From an uncultured virus (IMG/VR IMGVR_UViG_3300025389_000012) (lineage: Duplodnaviria > Heunggongvirae > Uroviricota > Caudoviricetes), in IMG/VR virus record IMGVR_UViG_3300025389_000012: a DNA stretch of 64,000 nt; one strand, given 5' to 3'. Numbering within the stretch: position 1 is the stretch's first letter; every line of letters starts with the position of its first letter. Of this stretch, positions 19,462-29,400 are shown one piece after another. A program made the translations under genes and the position numbers. The notes beneath the pieces were generated by a model. It was not told the DNA's origin and did not search any database. It saw only the letters and a program-made list of their open reading frames with translations.

Positions 19462-20841
19462 TTAAGCGTTATTAACTGTTACAATTGGTAGACTTGGTGT
19501 GTAGTATGTATTAGCGGCTACAGCACTATTGAATGTACCAATTACATTAGGTTGAGCATTTGCAAGAATTGCTAAACCTGTACCTGAACCAGTGCCTGTT
19601 GCAGTAAATGATGTACCAGTCATATTGCCGGCTGCACCAACTGCTGTCCAGTTTGTTGTACCTGTTTGATAAATTGTATATACTGTACCAACACTTAGTG
19701 AACCAGGAGCAACTGTTGCAGGGAATGCTTGTGAATTGTAATCACTGATAGTATCAAGATATGCAGTTGAACTATCGGCATAAGTTACTTGAACATTGAA
19801 TGTGTTAGGTAACAATGATGCGTTTGCTACGTTTGCTAAGTAAGCAGGAGCAGTAATACCTGTTACTGTACCAGCAACTAGATATTTGTGTTTACCTTTT
19901 TGACGAACGATATATCCTGCTTCTGGTAATGCACCCAAGATTGGATCACCATAACCATTATAACCAGCCGCATTAACTACTGAGTTAGCACCCAATGTTG
20001 CTTGATTTTGAATAGCGTTAGAAGTTACGCTTGAGTTTGATGTCAATACTACGTTTGCACCACCTGGAACTGCGGCAACAGTAAATGCAGCCGCATTAGG
20101 AATATTTCTAACAAAGTATGTTGTGTTTGCTGTTAAGCCACCGAACGCTGTGTCGAACACAACTGGAGTACCTGCTACCAATGTTTGAGCATTGCCTGAA
20201 GTACCGATAACGTTACCAGTAGCACTACTATTAGCAACTGCAACTGTTACATTACCTACGTTGTTTGCAACTGTACCTAATAAATTTAGAGAATAGTTAC
20301 CTGGTGTACCTTGGTATGCAAAAAGTTGTGTACCATTTGCTACGTTAGCAAAGTCAGTACCTAAACCAACAACTGTTGCACTAGCATTGCTTGCAAAAAT
20401 TGTACCAGAAATGTTAGCACCAAATGCTACGTTACATAGTGTTTGCTTACCGTATTGTGCTGTGTTACCACCGACAACACCGAATGTGCTTGAGCCAGTT
20501 GATGTGTTACCACCGTTTGGATTGTTGAATCCAGTGTCTACTTCACCAACAGTTGCTTTAACTGTTTGCGCAGAGGTATTAGTCAATGTTGGGAATGTTT
20601 GCGGTTGAACACTTAGTTGTGTTGCTGATACTGAGAAAGTACTTGCTGAAACAACTTTGTTTACATAATATGTTACACCACCTGTCAATCCACCTACTGT
20701 ACTTGCAGTAACAAAAGGCATGCCTTTAATGATACCTAAAGCATTAAGATTGTTTGATACTGTGACTAATTGTGTTGAAGCAGATGTACCTGTAATAGTC
20801 AAAACTGCTTGTGATTTTGCGATTTTTAGAGGACGTCCCAT
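19462..20841 (-). CDS. Virion structural protein, beta-rich with repeated domains
   Basis: A/G/N/S/T/V-rich; two GGLT..TY[YF]V repeats; late promoter, strong SD and highly biased codons. Confidence 0.7.
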   Translation of the reverse strand: MGRPLKIAKSQAVLTITGTSASTQLVTVSNNLNALGIIKGMPFVTASTVGGLTGGVTYYVNKVVSASTFSVSATQLSVQPQTFPTLTNTSAQTVKATVGEVDTGFNNPNGGNTSTGSSTFGVVGGNTAQYGKQTLCNVAFGANISGTIFASNASATVVGLGTDFANVANGTQLFAYQGTPGNYSLNLLGTVANNVGNVTVAVANSSATGNVIGTSGNAQTLVAGTPVVFDTAFGGLTANTTYFVRNIPNAAAFTVAAVPGGANVVLTSNSSVTSNAIQNQATLGANSVVNAAGYNGYGDPILGALPEAGYIVRQKGKHKYLVAGTVTGITAPAYLANVANASLLPNTFNVQVTYADSSTAYLDTISDYNSQAFPATVAPGSLSVGTVYTIYQTGTTNWTAVGAAGNMTGTSFTATGTGSGTGLAILANAQPNVIGTFNSAVAANTYYTPSLPIVTVNNA

Positions 20842-20862
20842 TTGTTTTTCCTTTAGTTAATT

Positions 20863-20930
20863 GCGGGTTCTAGCCGCTACGCAGTGGGTACTGCATAAAT
20901 TCTCACCATGAGAATGTATGAAAGTATTTA
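20863..20930 (-). promoter_or_regulatory. Late promoter plus three-hairpin 5' leader
   Basis: TAAATA 20925-20930; inverted repeats at 20899-20915, 20878-20897 and 20863-20877. Confidence 0.7.
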
Positions 20931-20969
20931 TCTTTATTACGTAAAATAATAGACGCTCTAAATACAAGT

Positions 20970-21920
20970 ATGATTAAAGAATACGGACGTAGGTACAGTG
21001 CAACTCCTTTATCTATAGGAGAAAATGAGCATAACTGGTTGGAAAGATTTAAAACAAAACTTTCTACTAACGAATATGACACTAATTTATTGATTAATTT
21101 GACTTGGTTAGAACCCAAAGACCCAGATTTATTACAATGGATTACTAGTAATATTCAAGGTTCTACTAAAATATGGCTAGCAGGGACTGTTGACGGAACT
21201 GAATGGTTCATACATACTGAATTATATGCTACTATATTAACATTGAATTGTGACGTTGAAATAGCAGGGTTTAGTCCAACATGTTGGGATTCATGGATGC
21301 CCAAATGGATACTAGAAAATAAACAATATACTGATGAAGAGTTGCAATTAAAAACCGACTTTAATAATGTTTATCTATGTTATAACAGAAAGCCTAGACC
21401 CCATAGAGAACAATTAGTAAAACAATTGATTGACAATAAGTTATCAGATTACGGATGGATTACTTTTGAGCAAGGTGTTTTTCCTGAAATAGATCAACGT
21501 ACTGGAATGACTGATCAGCATTTACATTCACCTAATTTACGTTTTACTAGACCAGAAGATTTGCTTAGTTTAGGTACAACAGATATTTGGCAGAATAGTT
21601 ATTGTGTTATCGTCAGCGAAACCACTTTATCCGACCCATGGCAATTGTCAGAAAAGACTTGGAAGCCTATCATGGGACTAAGACCTTATTTATGGAATGC
21701 TCACAGTGGTATAACTGAAGTTATGCGTAGGTTGGGATTTTATACACCTGGTGATTTATTTGACAACTATCATTTAGATACTAACAGTATTGAAATATTA
21801 ATTACTCAACTAAAATTGCTATGTCAAATGTCAAAAACAGAATTATACAGCATGTGGCAAAATCAACTGCCCATGCTAGAACATAATCGTAAACGTTTTA
21901 TAGAACTTGCTAGTAATTAA
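20970..21920 (+). CDS. Putative glycosyltransferase (GT-B, GT10-like C-terminal motif)
   Basis: YLCYNRKPRPHR and IVSET...LSEKTWKPI...P motifs resembling the nucleotide-sugar binding motif of GT10-like enzymes. Confidence 0.5.
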   Translation: MIKEYGRRYSATPLSIGENEHNWLERFKTKLSTNEYDTNLLINLTWLEPKDPDLLQWITSNIQGSTKIWLAGTVDGTEWFIHTELYATILTLNCDVEIAGFSPTCWDSWMPKWILENKQYTDEELQLKTDFNNVYLCYNRKPRPHREQLVKQLIDNKLSDYGWITFEQGVFPEIDQRTGMTDQHLHSPNLRFTRPEDLLSLGTTDIWQNSYCVIVSETTLSDPWQLSEKTWKPIMGLRPYLWNAHSGITEVMRRLGFYTPGDLFDNYHLDTNSIEILITQLKLLCQMSKTELYSMWQNQLPMLEHNRKRFIELASN

Positions 21921-22474
21921 GTACCGCTAGCCATACCTGATACTGGGGGTAATACACCAGTAGTACCAGTATCAGGATGATTAGCACCCAATTCTGTAAT
22001 TGAGAATGGAGCCGCTGTAGCGCCTGATACATTGATATAAGATACAATGTTTCCTTGGCCAACGATAAAACTATTGTTTACTGAGTTTGCAGGAATGATT
22101 GCGCTATTAGCATTTGCTACTTTATATGGAACACCAAATGGATTGATTGTGTATCCTGCGCCACTGATTGCTACACCAGCGTTTGCAGTAAGTACAATAT
22201 TGCCATCATCTTTAACACTTTGTACAATACCAACAGTTGTACCTGAGGCATTGCCAATCCAGTAACCGATATTTAATTGTGTTGTGAAAGTAGTGCTTGA
22301 TCCAACTACTGCGTTTGAACTAGTTGAACAAGTAACAGTTCCTGTACCTGCAACGTTAGGATAACTTGAAACAACTTGAACAGGTGAACTGCTAGTTGCA
22401 ATTCTAACCTTATCAGTTTGAATATTTGCTGAAGCGTTTGCTGATGAACTTGCTGTATAAACGTATGATGACAT
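21917..22474 (-). CDS. Virion structural protein
   Basis: S/T/G/N/V-rich beta protein; late promoter at 22493-22498. Confidence 0.6.
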   Translation of the reverse strand: MSSYVYTASSSANASANIQTDKVRIATSSSPVQVVSSYPNVAGTGTVTCSTSSNAVVGSSTTFTTQLNIGYWIGNASGTTVGIVQSVKDDGNIVLTANAGVAISGAGYTINPFGVPYKVANANSAIIPANSVNNSFIVGQGNIVSYINVSGATAAPFSITELGANHPDTGTTGVLPPVSGMASGT

Positions 22475-22500
22475 TTTCTTATTCCTGTAATGTATTTATC

Positions 22501-25041
22501 TTAGAGTCTACCAATTGCCACTTCAATGACACCTTCGCCTTCGTGGTTCTCTAATGCTTTACCAATAACTGTTCCCATGCCAGGATTAAACCCTGGTCTT
22601 GCATATCCATTACCACCGCTAACTAGCAAGTCACCTTTCTTGATCAGTCCACGAACTTTAACTGGAACACGACCTTGTAGAGCAATTGCTACTGCGATTC
22701 CCGGACATGTTGAGTTCATAACATATGCAGGGTTAGTAGACACTACGCCTGCTACTCTACTTGTTCCGTCTTGAGCAATAGTAACTTCTTTATCACCACC
22801 AAACTCTAATACAGTTCCAGGTTCATAATCTTGATCGGCTTCATAGTACTCAGCCAAGTCAGCGTATGTTGCTTGTAGTCTTGAACCTGATGATAATTGT
22901 AAGTTACCTGTAAATGTTAATACTGTTGTGTTTGATCCAGCATTGATAGTAGTTAAACCATTCAATGTTGTGATGTTGTTTTGAACTGCACCAATAACAG
23001 TAGTTGCGTTTGCTACAGTACCTGTTACATTAGCACCTGTAATTGCTGTTAAACTACTACCAGTACCTGTTACTTGTAAATAACTTGCGGCCGCAACACC
23101 ACCCAAATAACTTGAATTATTGGCAGTATTTGCAAATGTTGCGTTGGCAATTGCAGTATTTGATAATGCATAATTAGCGGCTGCAACTCCACCTAAATAA
23201 AGAGCATTGTTTGCAGTAGCAACTGTGCCACTTACATTAGCACCTGCTACACTATTAGCAGTAGTTGCGTATGCTACTGCCCCACTTACATTAGCACCAG
23301 CAACTGAGTTGGCAGTTGTTGCGTATGCGACTGCTCCTGTTACATTAGCACCAGCAACTGAGTTTGCTATAGTTGCGTATGCTACTGCCCCACTTACATT
23401 AGCACCTGCTACGCTATTAGCAGTGGTAGCATATGCAACTGCTCCTGTTACATTAGCACCTGTAAGTGCGCTCAATTGAGCACCGTTACCACTTATATTG
23501 CTAAACACGCCATTGGTTGCGCCAATATTGCCAACGTTAGCATTACCTGTAGCATTTAATGTTCCTGCTGACACATTGTTATTTGTTACTAAATTGCCAC
23601 CGTTAATATTTGCAGTTACAGCAAGGATCCCAGCAACACCCAAATTAACACCAATATTAGCATTGCCTGTAATGTTTAAATTAGTTGTTGATAGATTGCC
23701 AGTTGCGGCATTAAATGATAAGTTAGCGTTTGCATATTCGGCAACGTTACCTGATGTTGCATTTGCTAACATCAGATATGATGTACCACTTGAAGTAGTA
23801 GTAATGTTAGCGTAATCAGCAACGTTAGCATGGTCAACGTTTAAGTTTGCAACACGTGTAGTTGATGTTACAATTAATGGCGCTGTACCTGTAGCGATAT
23901 TAGAAGTCAAATACTTTGCTGAAACTAAATTGCTAGCAATAAAGTTATTAGCAACAACATTACCACCATTGACTGTTAAAATCGTATTAGCAAAATCGTA
24001 AGTGAAGTTTGCATTACCTGCTAACAAATTGTTATCGTTAAACTGTACAGATAAGTTAGAACCTTGTGCTCCGTTGCCGCCGCCACTTCCACCAATAGAA
24101 GAGATTACTCTACCACCTGTACCATAAACTGTTGCTGTTAATCCACTTGTAGTTTGTAATGGTAAAATAGGACCTGCGGTTCCGTTTGGATAAATTGAGT
24201 TTGAAACAGTAATCGTAGTGGCACTAGGAATACTGTTGATGTAATATGTTGTATTGGCTGTAAGACCACTAGTAGATAAACCACCCAAGAACACAACAGG
24301 TTGATTTACTTCAAACAACACGTTAGCATTAGCAACTGAGTTACCAATGTTAATTACGTTTGTTGCCACTGTTGTAGCAGTAACGTTACTGCTGTATGAA
24401 TATGCGTTATGACCTGTACCACTATAAGGTGTTGATAGTGAAGGGTCAGTATACAATGCAAAAGTGTTTGATGTTTGGGCTTTTACGTAATAGTTACCAC
24501 CATTTAGTGCATTACCAATACTGTTTGCAATGTTAGGTGCACCTGTAATTGTAATTGTTGCACCGTTAGTAAAATAGTTATTTTGTGTAGTAGTAATAAC
24601 TACGGGACTAGTGTTACTTGCGTTTTCGATATACGCTGTGATTGTTGTTTTAGGAGCCCAAGATAGATTACCTAAGCCGTCAGTTTGCAATACATAACCA
24701 ATGGCACCACCTGCAATAGTAACGTTACTGATGTTACCTAAATTGATATTGCCACCGGCGTTTCCACCTGCATTGATCCAGTTAGTACCGTCAAAAGCAA
24801 GGACTTGTCCTAAACCCACATCAACTGGATTAATGTTTAAGTTACCAACACTACCGTCGATTTGACTAAAACTGATTCCTGAATAGGATGTTAATACTTC
24901 TACGTTTTCATTGGGAGTTGTTTTACCAATAAACAGACGTTTTTGGTCGCTTGCCCAACCAAATTCTGCTTCGTCTAATTGTGGTAGGTCAACTAAATTA
25001 CCTGACCTTTGTTGAATCTTTGATATTTGTACGATTGACAT
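22501..25041 (-). CDS. Tail fibre protein with C-terminal intramolecular chaperone (peptidase G2-like) domain
   Basis: N-terminal QISKIQQRSG...LPQL..AEFGW; GN-rich shaft; C-terminal YADLAEYY...GVVSTNPAYVMN...GRVPVKV...GDLLV. Confidence 0.85.
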   Translation of the reverse strand: MSIVQISKIQQRSGNLVDLPQLDEAEFGWASDQKRLFIGKTTPNENVEVLTSYSGISFSQIDGSVGNLNINPVDVGLGQVLAFDGTNWINAGGNAGGNINLGNISNVTIAGGAIGYVLQTDGLGNLSWAPKTTITAYIENASNTSPVVITTTQNNYFTNGATITITGAPNIANSIGNALNGGNYYVKAQTSNTFALYTDPSLSTPYSGTGHNAYSYSSNVTATTVATNVINIGNSVANANVLFEVNQPVVFLGGLSTSGLTANTTYYINSIPSATTITVSNSIYPNGTAGPILPLQTTSGLTATVYGTGGRVISSIGGSGGGNGAQGSNLSVQFNDNNLLAGNANFTYDFANTILTVNGGNVVANNFIASNLVSAKYLTSNIATGTAPLIVTSTTRVANLNVDHANVADYANITTTSSGTSYLMLANATSGNVAEYANANLSFNAATGNLSTTNLNITGNANIGVNLGVAGILAVTANINGGNLVTNNNVSAGTLNATGNANVGNIGATNGVFSNISGNGAQLSALTGANVTGAVAYATTANSVAGANVSGAVAYATIANSVAGANVTGAVAYATTANSVAGANVSGAVAYATTANSVAGANVSGTVATANNALYLGGVAAANYALSNTAIANATFANTANNSSYLGGVAAASYLQVTGTGSSLTAITGANVTGTVANATTVIGAVQNNITTLNGLTTINAGSNTTVLTFTGNLQLSSGSRLQATYADLAEYYEADQDYEPGTVLEFGGDKEVTIAQDGTSRVAGVVSTNPAYVMNSTCPGIAVAIALQGRVPVKVRGLIKKGDLLVSGGNGYARPGFNPGMGTVIGKALENHEGEGVIEVAIGRL
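23227..23460 (-). repeat. 54-bp (18-aa) coding tandem repeat, 4 full copies plus a partial one
   Basis: GANV[TS]GAVAYAT[TI]ANSVA units starting at 23460, 23406, 23352, 23298 and 23244. Confidence 0.95.
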
Positions 25042-25080
25042 AAGTGTATCTTGCCCTAATACACTTATTTATCTAATTAC

Positions 25081-25767
25081 TTATAGGAATTTTGTGTAGT
25101 ATTCTTCTAGTTTTTTGAACCAAAGATCAGTATACTTGTCGAATTCAGCACCCTCAATGATAAATTCTGCATATACTGCGTTAGGGTCGCACATAAAAAT
25201 TACACCCTTACGGATATTTGTGCCCCAAACTTCATTATGAGCATTTGCATAGGCTGCTGTCTGAATAAAGTAATCTTCAATCCATTCACGCTTTTTGATT
25301 TTGTTTGCTTGTTTGTGATCCATGATAGCCTCTTGGCCATTATGTATACCGCATAAATCGGTTGTACCTGCATAAATCTGTGGGAAATAAAGACTGACTT
25401 CTGTACCCCAAAACTCGCTACAGTTCACAAGACCCTGAGCAATAATGCTATGTGCCATTTTATGACTTTGTACAGAGTACGGATTGCTACCAGGCTCCCC
25501 GGTCTCACCTGTTTTGACATAATTTTCAAGCCACTTGTGCATACGTGTGCCACGCCCCGCAGCCTCGGTAGTAATCTCTTGTGCTTTTTGTACACCTACA
25601 CGTTTACGCCAGTTTTGTAATGCTTGTTTGCTTTCTTCGCTTTTAGTTGCGTCTAGGATAGTTGTTACGCTGGGGACTCTATATCCATCAGGGGTAACAT
25701 ATTTTCGTGATCCATCAATAGTTTCTTTTTTTAATTGTACGTAGTTAAATTTGTTAGGGTTATACAT
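25081..25767 (-). CDS. PD-(D/E)xK exonuclease (RecB/Cas4-like phage exonuclease)
   Basis: PSVTTIL, RGTRMH, E, YAGTTD, IMDHK, Q..AY motifs. Confidence 0.85.
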   Translation of the reverse strand: MYNPNKFNYVQLKKETIDGSRKYVTPDGYRVPSVTTILDATKSEESKQALQNWRKRVGVQKAQEITTEAAGRGTRMHKWLENYVKTGETGEPGSNPYSVQSHKMAHSIIAQGLVNCSEFWGTEVSLYFPQIYAGTTDLCGIHNGQEAIMDHKQANKIKKREWIEDYFIQTAAYANAHNEVWGTNIRKGVIFMCDPNAVYAEFIIEGAEFDKYTDLWFKKLEEYYTKFL

Positions 25768-26443
25768 TCTCTATCCAGTTGTGGTCTTCATAGGGGTTTT
25801 CGTCATTGTAAAATTTATGGTATTCTTTTAGTGTGGTATAGGGCAAATTAATAGGTTTAATATCCCCATACCTTTTAATAATTTCTGCATAGCAATAATC
25901 TGCTAAAACATATTGTGCTTCATAACCATCGTGTGCATCTTTCTTTGAAACCCTAGGATACTCCCTAGTAATCTCATTAAAATTTTTAAGTTTATTTGGA
26001 TCATTATAAACTTGATTATGCAAATCAGTATATTTTTCTAATGAACCTTCACGTATATTATGCCAACTAGGTAAAAAATCACTCACGACATAAGGTATGT
26101 TATTACTTTTAAATAGGTTTACACAGTTTAGCCAATATATTAATTTTCTTAATTCAAACGTATAATGATTGAGTTTTAAAAAACTTTGTATAATATCCTC
26201 TTCACGTGTAGCATGGGAAAATCCAATAATATAAAAAGGTTTAGTATTTTTGTCCATATAAAAATATTCATATGTTCTTCTAACAATACTATTATTATTG
26301 GATCCACGTAAAGCCAAATTAACTACAGGGACATTTAATTTTTTAGCCAATAATGCAGGCCAGCCTACTTCCATTGGATTTTCTAATCCCTGACAATAAG
26401 TAAAACTGTCTCCGTTGACAACTAAATGTGATATTTCTAACAT
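25760..26443 (-). CDS. SGNH/GDSL-like hydrolase or acyltransferase
   Basis: NGDSFTY, WPALLA, VNLALRGSNN, DAHDG. Confidence 0.7.
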   Translation of the reverse strand: MLEISHLVVNGDSFTYCQGLENPMEVGWPALLAKKLNVPVVNLALRGSNNNSIVRRTYEYFYMDKNTKPFYIIGFSHATREEDIIQSFLKLNHYTFELRKLIYWLNCVNLFKSNNIPYVVSDFLPSWHNIREGSLEKYTDLHNQVYNDPNKLKNFNEITREYPRVSKKDAHDGYEAQYVLADYCYAEIIKRYGDIKPINLPYTTLKEYHKFYNDENPYEDHNWIENV

Positions 26444-26446
26444 GCT

Positions 26447-27262
26447 TTATACATCAAGTCCATAATGATATGGTAAATTCATTTCTTTTCTATACCATTG
26501 ATTAATATTTTCAAATGTTCTTAATGGATATTCTGATGGGTAATCTTTTAATGATAAAAAATTTCCTTGTACAGGTTTAAATTCACCGTAAATACTGGTT
26601 GCCTGTTCATATATAAATTCTGCCAATGCAACTTGTGCTTGTTTACCATGATGTGCTTTATCTAATGCTTTCGGGTAATGCGTTGTTATTTCTGAAAAAT
26701 TTTTTAATCTGCATATATCAGTATTGACATTTGCATATAATGATAAGTGATTTTTTATGATATAATCGTTAGTTGTTTGAGTGTAATCAGGAAAATAATC
26801 TGAAGTAAGATATGGAATATTATTAACTTTGAAAAGATTTACTATAGAGTTCCAGTATATTAATTTACGAACTTCGCTCATTAATATACCAACGTCATCC
26901 ATTTGTTCATACACAGGTTTACTAATTCTAGATCGGCTTTCACTATCTGAATATGCTATAATTTGATAATTTTGGACTGGTTCATTATTACAGACGGAAT
27001 GATATTGTTCTAATCTGGTATTCTGTGACATAGCAACAATGAAAAAAGGCTTGCTATTCGTTAATAGATTTTTGTAATAATATTCAAATGTTCTTCGATA
27101 TATGCCGTCGTTACCCAATCCACGCACACCAAGATTAACAATAGGTACACCAAACTTATCAGCAACTAGTTTGGGCCAACCTTCATTGGGCGGATCATAT
27201 AATGCTTGACAGTAAGTAAAACTACATCCAAGCGTTACTACGTGTGTTATTTCTGTTGCCAT
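26447..27262 (-). CDS. SGNH/GDSL-like hydrolase or acyltransferase (tandem paralogue)
   Basis: LGCSFTY, WPKLVA, VNLGVRGLGN, DKAHHG. Confidence 0.7.
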   Translation of the reverse strand: MATEITHVVTLGCSFTYCQALYDPPNEGWPKLVADKFGVPIVNLGVRGLGNDGIYRRTFEYYYKNLLTNSKPFFIVAMSQNTRLEQYHSVCNNEPVQNYQIIAYSDSESRSRISKPVYEQMDDVGILMSEVRKLIYWNSIVNLFKVNNIPYLTSDYFPDYTQTTNDYIIKNHLSLYANVNTDICRLKNFSEITTHYPKALDKAHHGKQAQVALAEFIYEQATSIYGEFKPVQGNFLSLKDYPSEYPLRTFENINQWYRKEMNLPYHYGLDV

Positions 27263-27588
27263 TAAACTCTAAAACTTTCGCCGCAACCGCAACGATCACG
27301 TTCATTGGGATTGTTGAATTCAAACCCTTCGTTAAGACCTCTTTTAACATAGTCTATTTCCATACCATCCATGTATACTAGGTCTTTGCCATTAACATAA
27401 ACAGTGGCTCCGTGATTTTCGTATTTCATCCAGTCACGGGTAACAGGTGCAACATCCATGTATTCTAATACATATGCCATTCCACTACATCCTGTGGTTT
27501 TTACCCCAATGCGAATTCCAACGCCCTTACCGCGTTTTTCTAATTGATTTTTTATTTTGTTGGCTGCGGGTTCTGTGATTGTAAGCAT
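27262..27588 (-). CDS. iscA: A-type Fe-S cluster carrier protein
   Basis: KTTGCSGMAY and F.NPN...CGCGESF motifs. Confidence 0.95.
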   Translation of the reverse strand: MLTITEPAANKIKNQLEKRGKGVGIRIGVKTTGCSGMAYVLEYMDVAPVTRDWMKYENHGATVYVNGKDLVYMDGMEIDYVKRGLNEGFEFNNPNERDRCGCGESFRV

Positions 27589-27653
27589 ATAGATATTTAT
27601 TTTATCCTACTATGCAGTATACAATAATTTTTTACGAATGTCTAGTGTTATGG

Positions 27654-28319
27654 TTATTTAAACCCATATGCATAATAATTTTTACCAACTATAGGTCTTA
27701 ATCGTTTCCAATCGTTATAGAATTTTAATACCACATCAGTATTAATTGGAACCAAATTCATTAAACCGCAAACTCTAGTGTATTCTTCTATGAAAGTTTC
27801 ATCACTATTCGTTAGTAAATCCATATCTATAGGTTCTGAATTTACCGTATTAATTACTTCATTTACATATTCAATTTTATCTGCATTATGAACTTTAATT
27901 TGATCTCTCATATTATCATACAAATTGTCACTAATTTTTATATGAAAAAACTTTTCTTTGATATTATCTCTGAATGCATATCCAAATTGTTTGTAACTTT
28001 CTAATTCATAGATAAAATGATGATAATGGAAACATGTAATTATAGTAGGATTGGTTTCCCAATTATTGTGTATATCAAATAATAAATGCGCACCAGAAGG
28101 TGTCATGTGTGCATCTGCCATCCAGTTCTGCATATCATCACGATATGAATAGTATTTTAATTTTTCTTCGAGGCTATGATCTTTTGGTCTACATCCACAT
28201 GTTCCTGTTTTCCAAAGAAATTGTGTGGTATCACTTAAACTAAACAGTCTTGTTAAAAAGTTGCCACCTTCACCTATTCTATAAAAAATAAGATTTAGGT
28301 TCTTGCTGTCACTAGCCAT
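27654..28319 (-). CDS. Hypothetical protein, possibly sulfotransferase/P-loop-like
   Basis: IFYRIGEGGNFLTRLFSL N-terminal loop, paralogous to 57811-58449. Confidence 0.4.
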   Translation of the reverse strand: MASDSKNLNLIFYRIGEGGNFLTRLFSLSDTTQFLWKTGTCGCRPKDHSLEEKLKYYSYRDDMQNWMADAHMTPSGAHLLFDIHNNWETNPTIITCFHYHHFIYELESYKQFGYAFRDNIKEKFFHIKISDNLYDNMRDQIKVHNADKIEYVNEVINTVNSEPIDMDLLTNSDETFIEEYTRVCGLMNLVPINTDVVLKFYNDWKRLRPIVGKNYYAYGFK

Positions 28320-28322
28320 AAC

Positions 28323-28658
28323 TTACTTATCTAGTGCGTGTTTTGCCATTTGTTGGACGACTTTCTTTTGGTCGTCTGCTTGTGCAGGTTCAGCGTTTGG
28401 AGTTTCTGGCTGACCTTTGAATGTTACTTTGTCACCTTGAATGTTAGTGATGACAGATTTTAGTGGGGGAACTTTAATCATATTGTACAAGTCGTTCTTG
28501 TCCAATACTAAATCATAATTATAAAAATAGTTCAATAGGTCATCTACAGAAAAATCTTGAGGGATTTTTCCCTTCTCTAAATCGTTCTGTAGTTGACTTG
28601 TTAGTACCACCAGTTTACTGATAGTGGCACTATTTTGATCGAACTCAAAGAGCCTCAT
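28323..28658 (-). CDS. Hypothetical head-associated protein
   Basis: 111 aa, N-terminus MRLFEF. Confidence 0.6.
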   Translation of the reverse strand: MRLFEFDQNSATISKLVVLTSQLQNDLEKGKIPQDFSVDDLLNYFYNYDLVLDKNDLYNMIKVPPLKSVITNIQGDKVTFKGQPETPNAEPAQADDQKKVVQQMAKHALDK

Positions 28659-28659
28659 G

Positions 28660-29370
28660 TTATCTCTTTGATCTGCCGACGCTACCTGCTGGCTCTTCTT
28701 CTTCGGGTGCTGGGGGTGTTTCTGCTGTTAGACCAGGCTCTTCTGGCATTTCTGCACCCATGTCGCCTAAATCTGCGCCGTCTTCTTCACCTGCTGTTGG
28801 AGTAGGCATACCTACTTCACCACCAAAGTCTGCACCACCTTGACCAGTGATGCTGTTCAATGCGCTCTTTAGTCCTTGTTCGCTTTGTGTTAATGCAGCC
28901 TGTAATGAAGTTAATGCTTCGTTTGCTTGCCCAGTGAATTGTTCACTTTCGTTAACACCAATTTCACTTTGAATGCTGTCAGACAATGCTGGTAGTTCTT
29001 TAACTAACATATCGCTAACTTCTTCAATCATCTTACGTACTGAATCTACTAGATCCTGAGCGGCTAATACAACCTGTGACTTTTCAACTTCTTCGTTTTC
29101 AAAAACGATACGTGTAGAAGGTCTGCTCATTAATTGATTGAAATGACTAGACAATGCTTGTTCCATAAATACTAATTTCAAGTATGCAGGACTGTTCTGA
29201 TTGCTGTGGAAATCAGATGCTTGTCTTGATTCTTTGATAAGACCGTGAACTCTGTTCAACATTGTTTGGGTCTTGATCTTGTCTAAGTTTGAAACATCGA
29301 AATTAAATTCGAAATTTTGTTTCAATGCTGTAGACGCATAATTTTTTGTTTCTAAGTCGTTTAGTCTCAT
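28660..29370 (-). CDS. Putative prohead core/scaffold-like protein
   Basis: Helical, acidic C-terminus ending GRSKR; late promoter at 29395-29400. Confidence 0.5.
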   Translation of the reverse strand: MRLNDLETKNYASTALKQNFEFNFDVSNLDKIKTQTMLNRVHGLIKESRQASDFHSNQNSPAYLKLVFMEQALSSHFNQLMSRPSTRIVFENEEVEKSQVVLAAQDLVDSVRKMIEEVSDMLVKELPALSDSIQSEIGVNESEQFTGQANEALTSLQAALTQSEQGLKSALNSITGQGGADFGGEVGMPTPTAGEEDGADLGDMGAEMPEEPGLTAETPPAPEEEEPAGSVGRSKR

Positions 29371-29400
29371 GGTTGTTATTCCGTTTTGATTAAGTATTTA

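Noticed and set aside
20901..20913. CsrA/RsmA binding site interpretation of the shared hairpin
   Set aside because: The loop reads AUGGU, lacking the GGA core required for CsrA binding.
23227..23460. Regularly spaced repeats resembling a CRISPR array
   Set aside because: They are contiguous 54-bp in-frame coding repeats with no unique spacers.
25081..25767. Cas4-like nuclease as evidence of a CRISPR-Cas system
   Set aside because: There are no other cas genes and no array; stand-alone PD-(D/E)xK exonucleases are common in T4-like phages.
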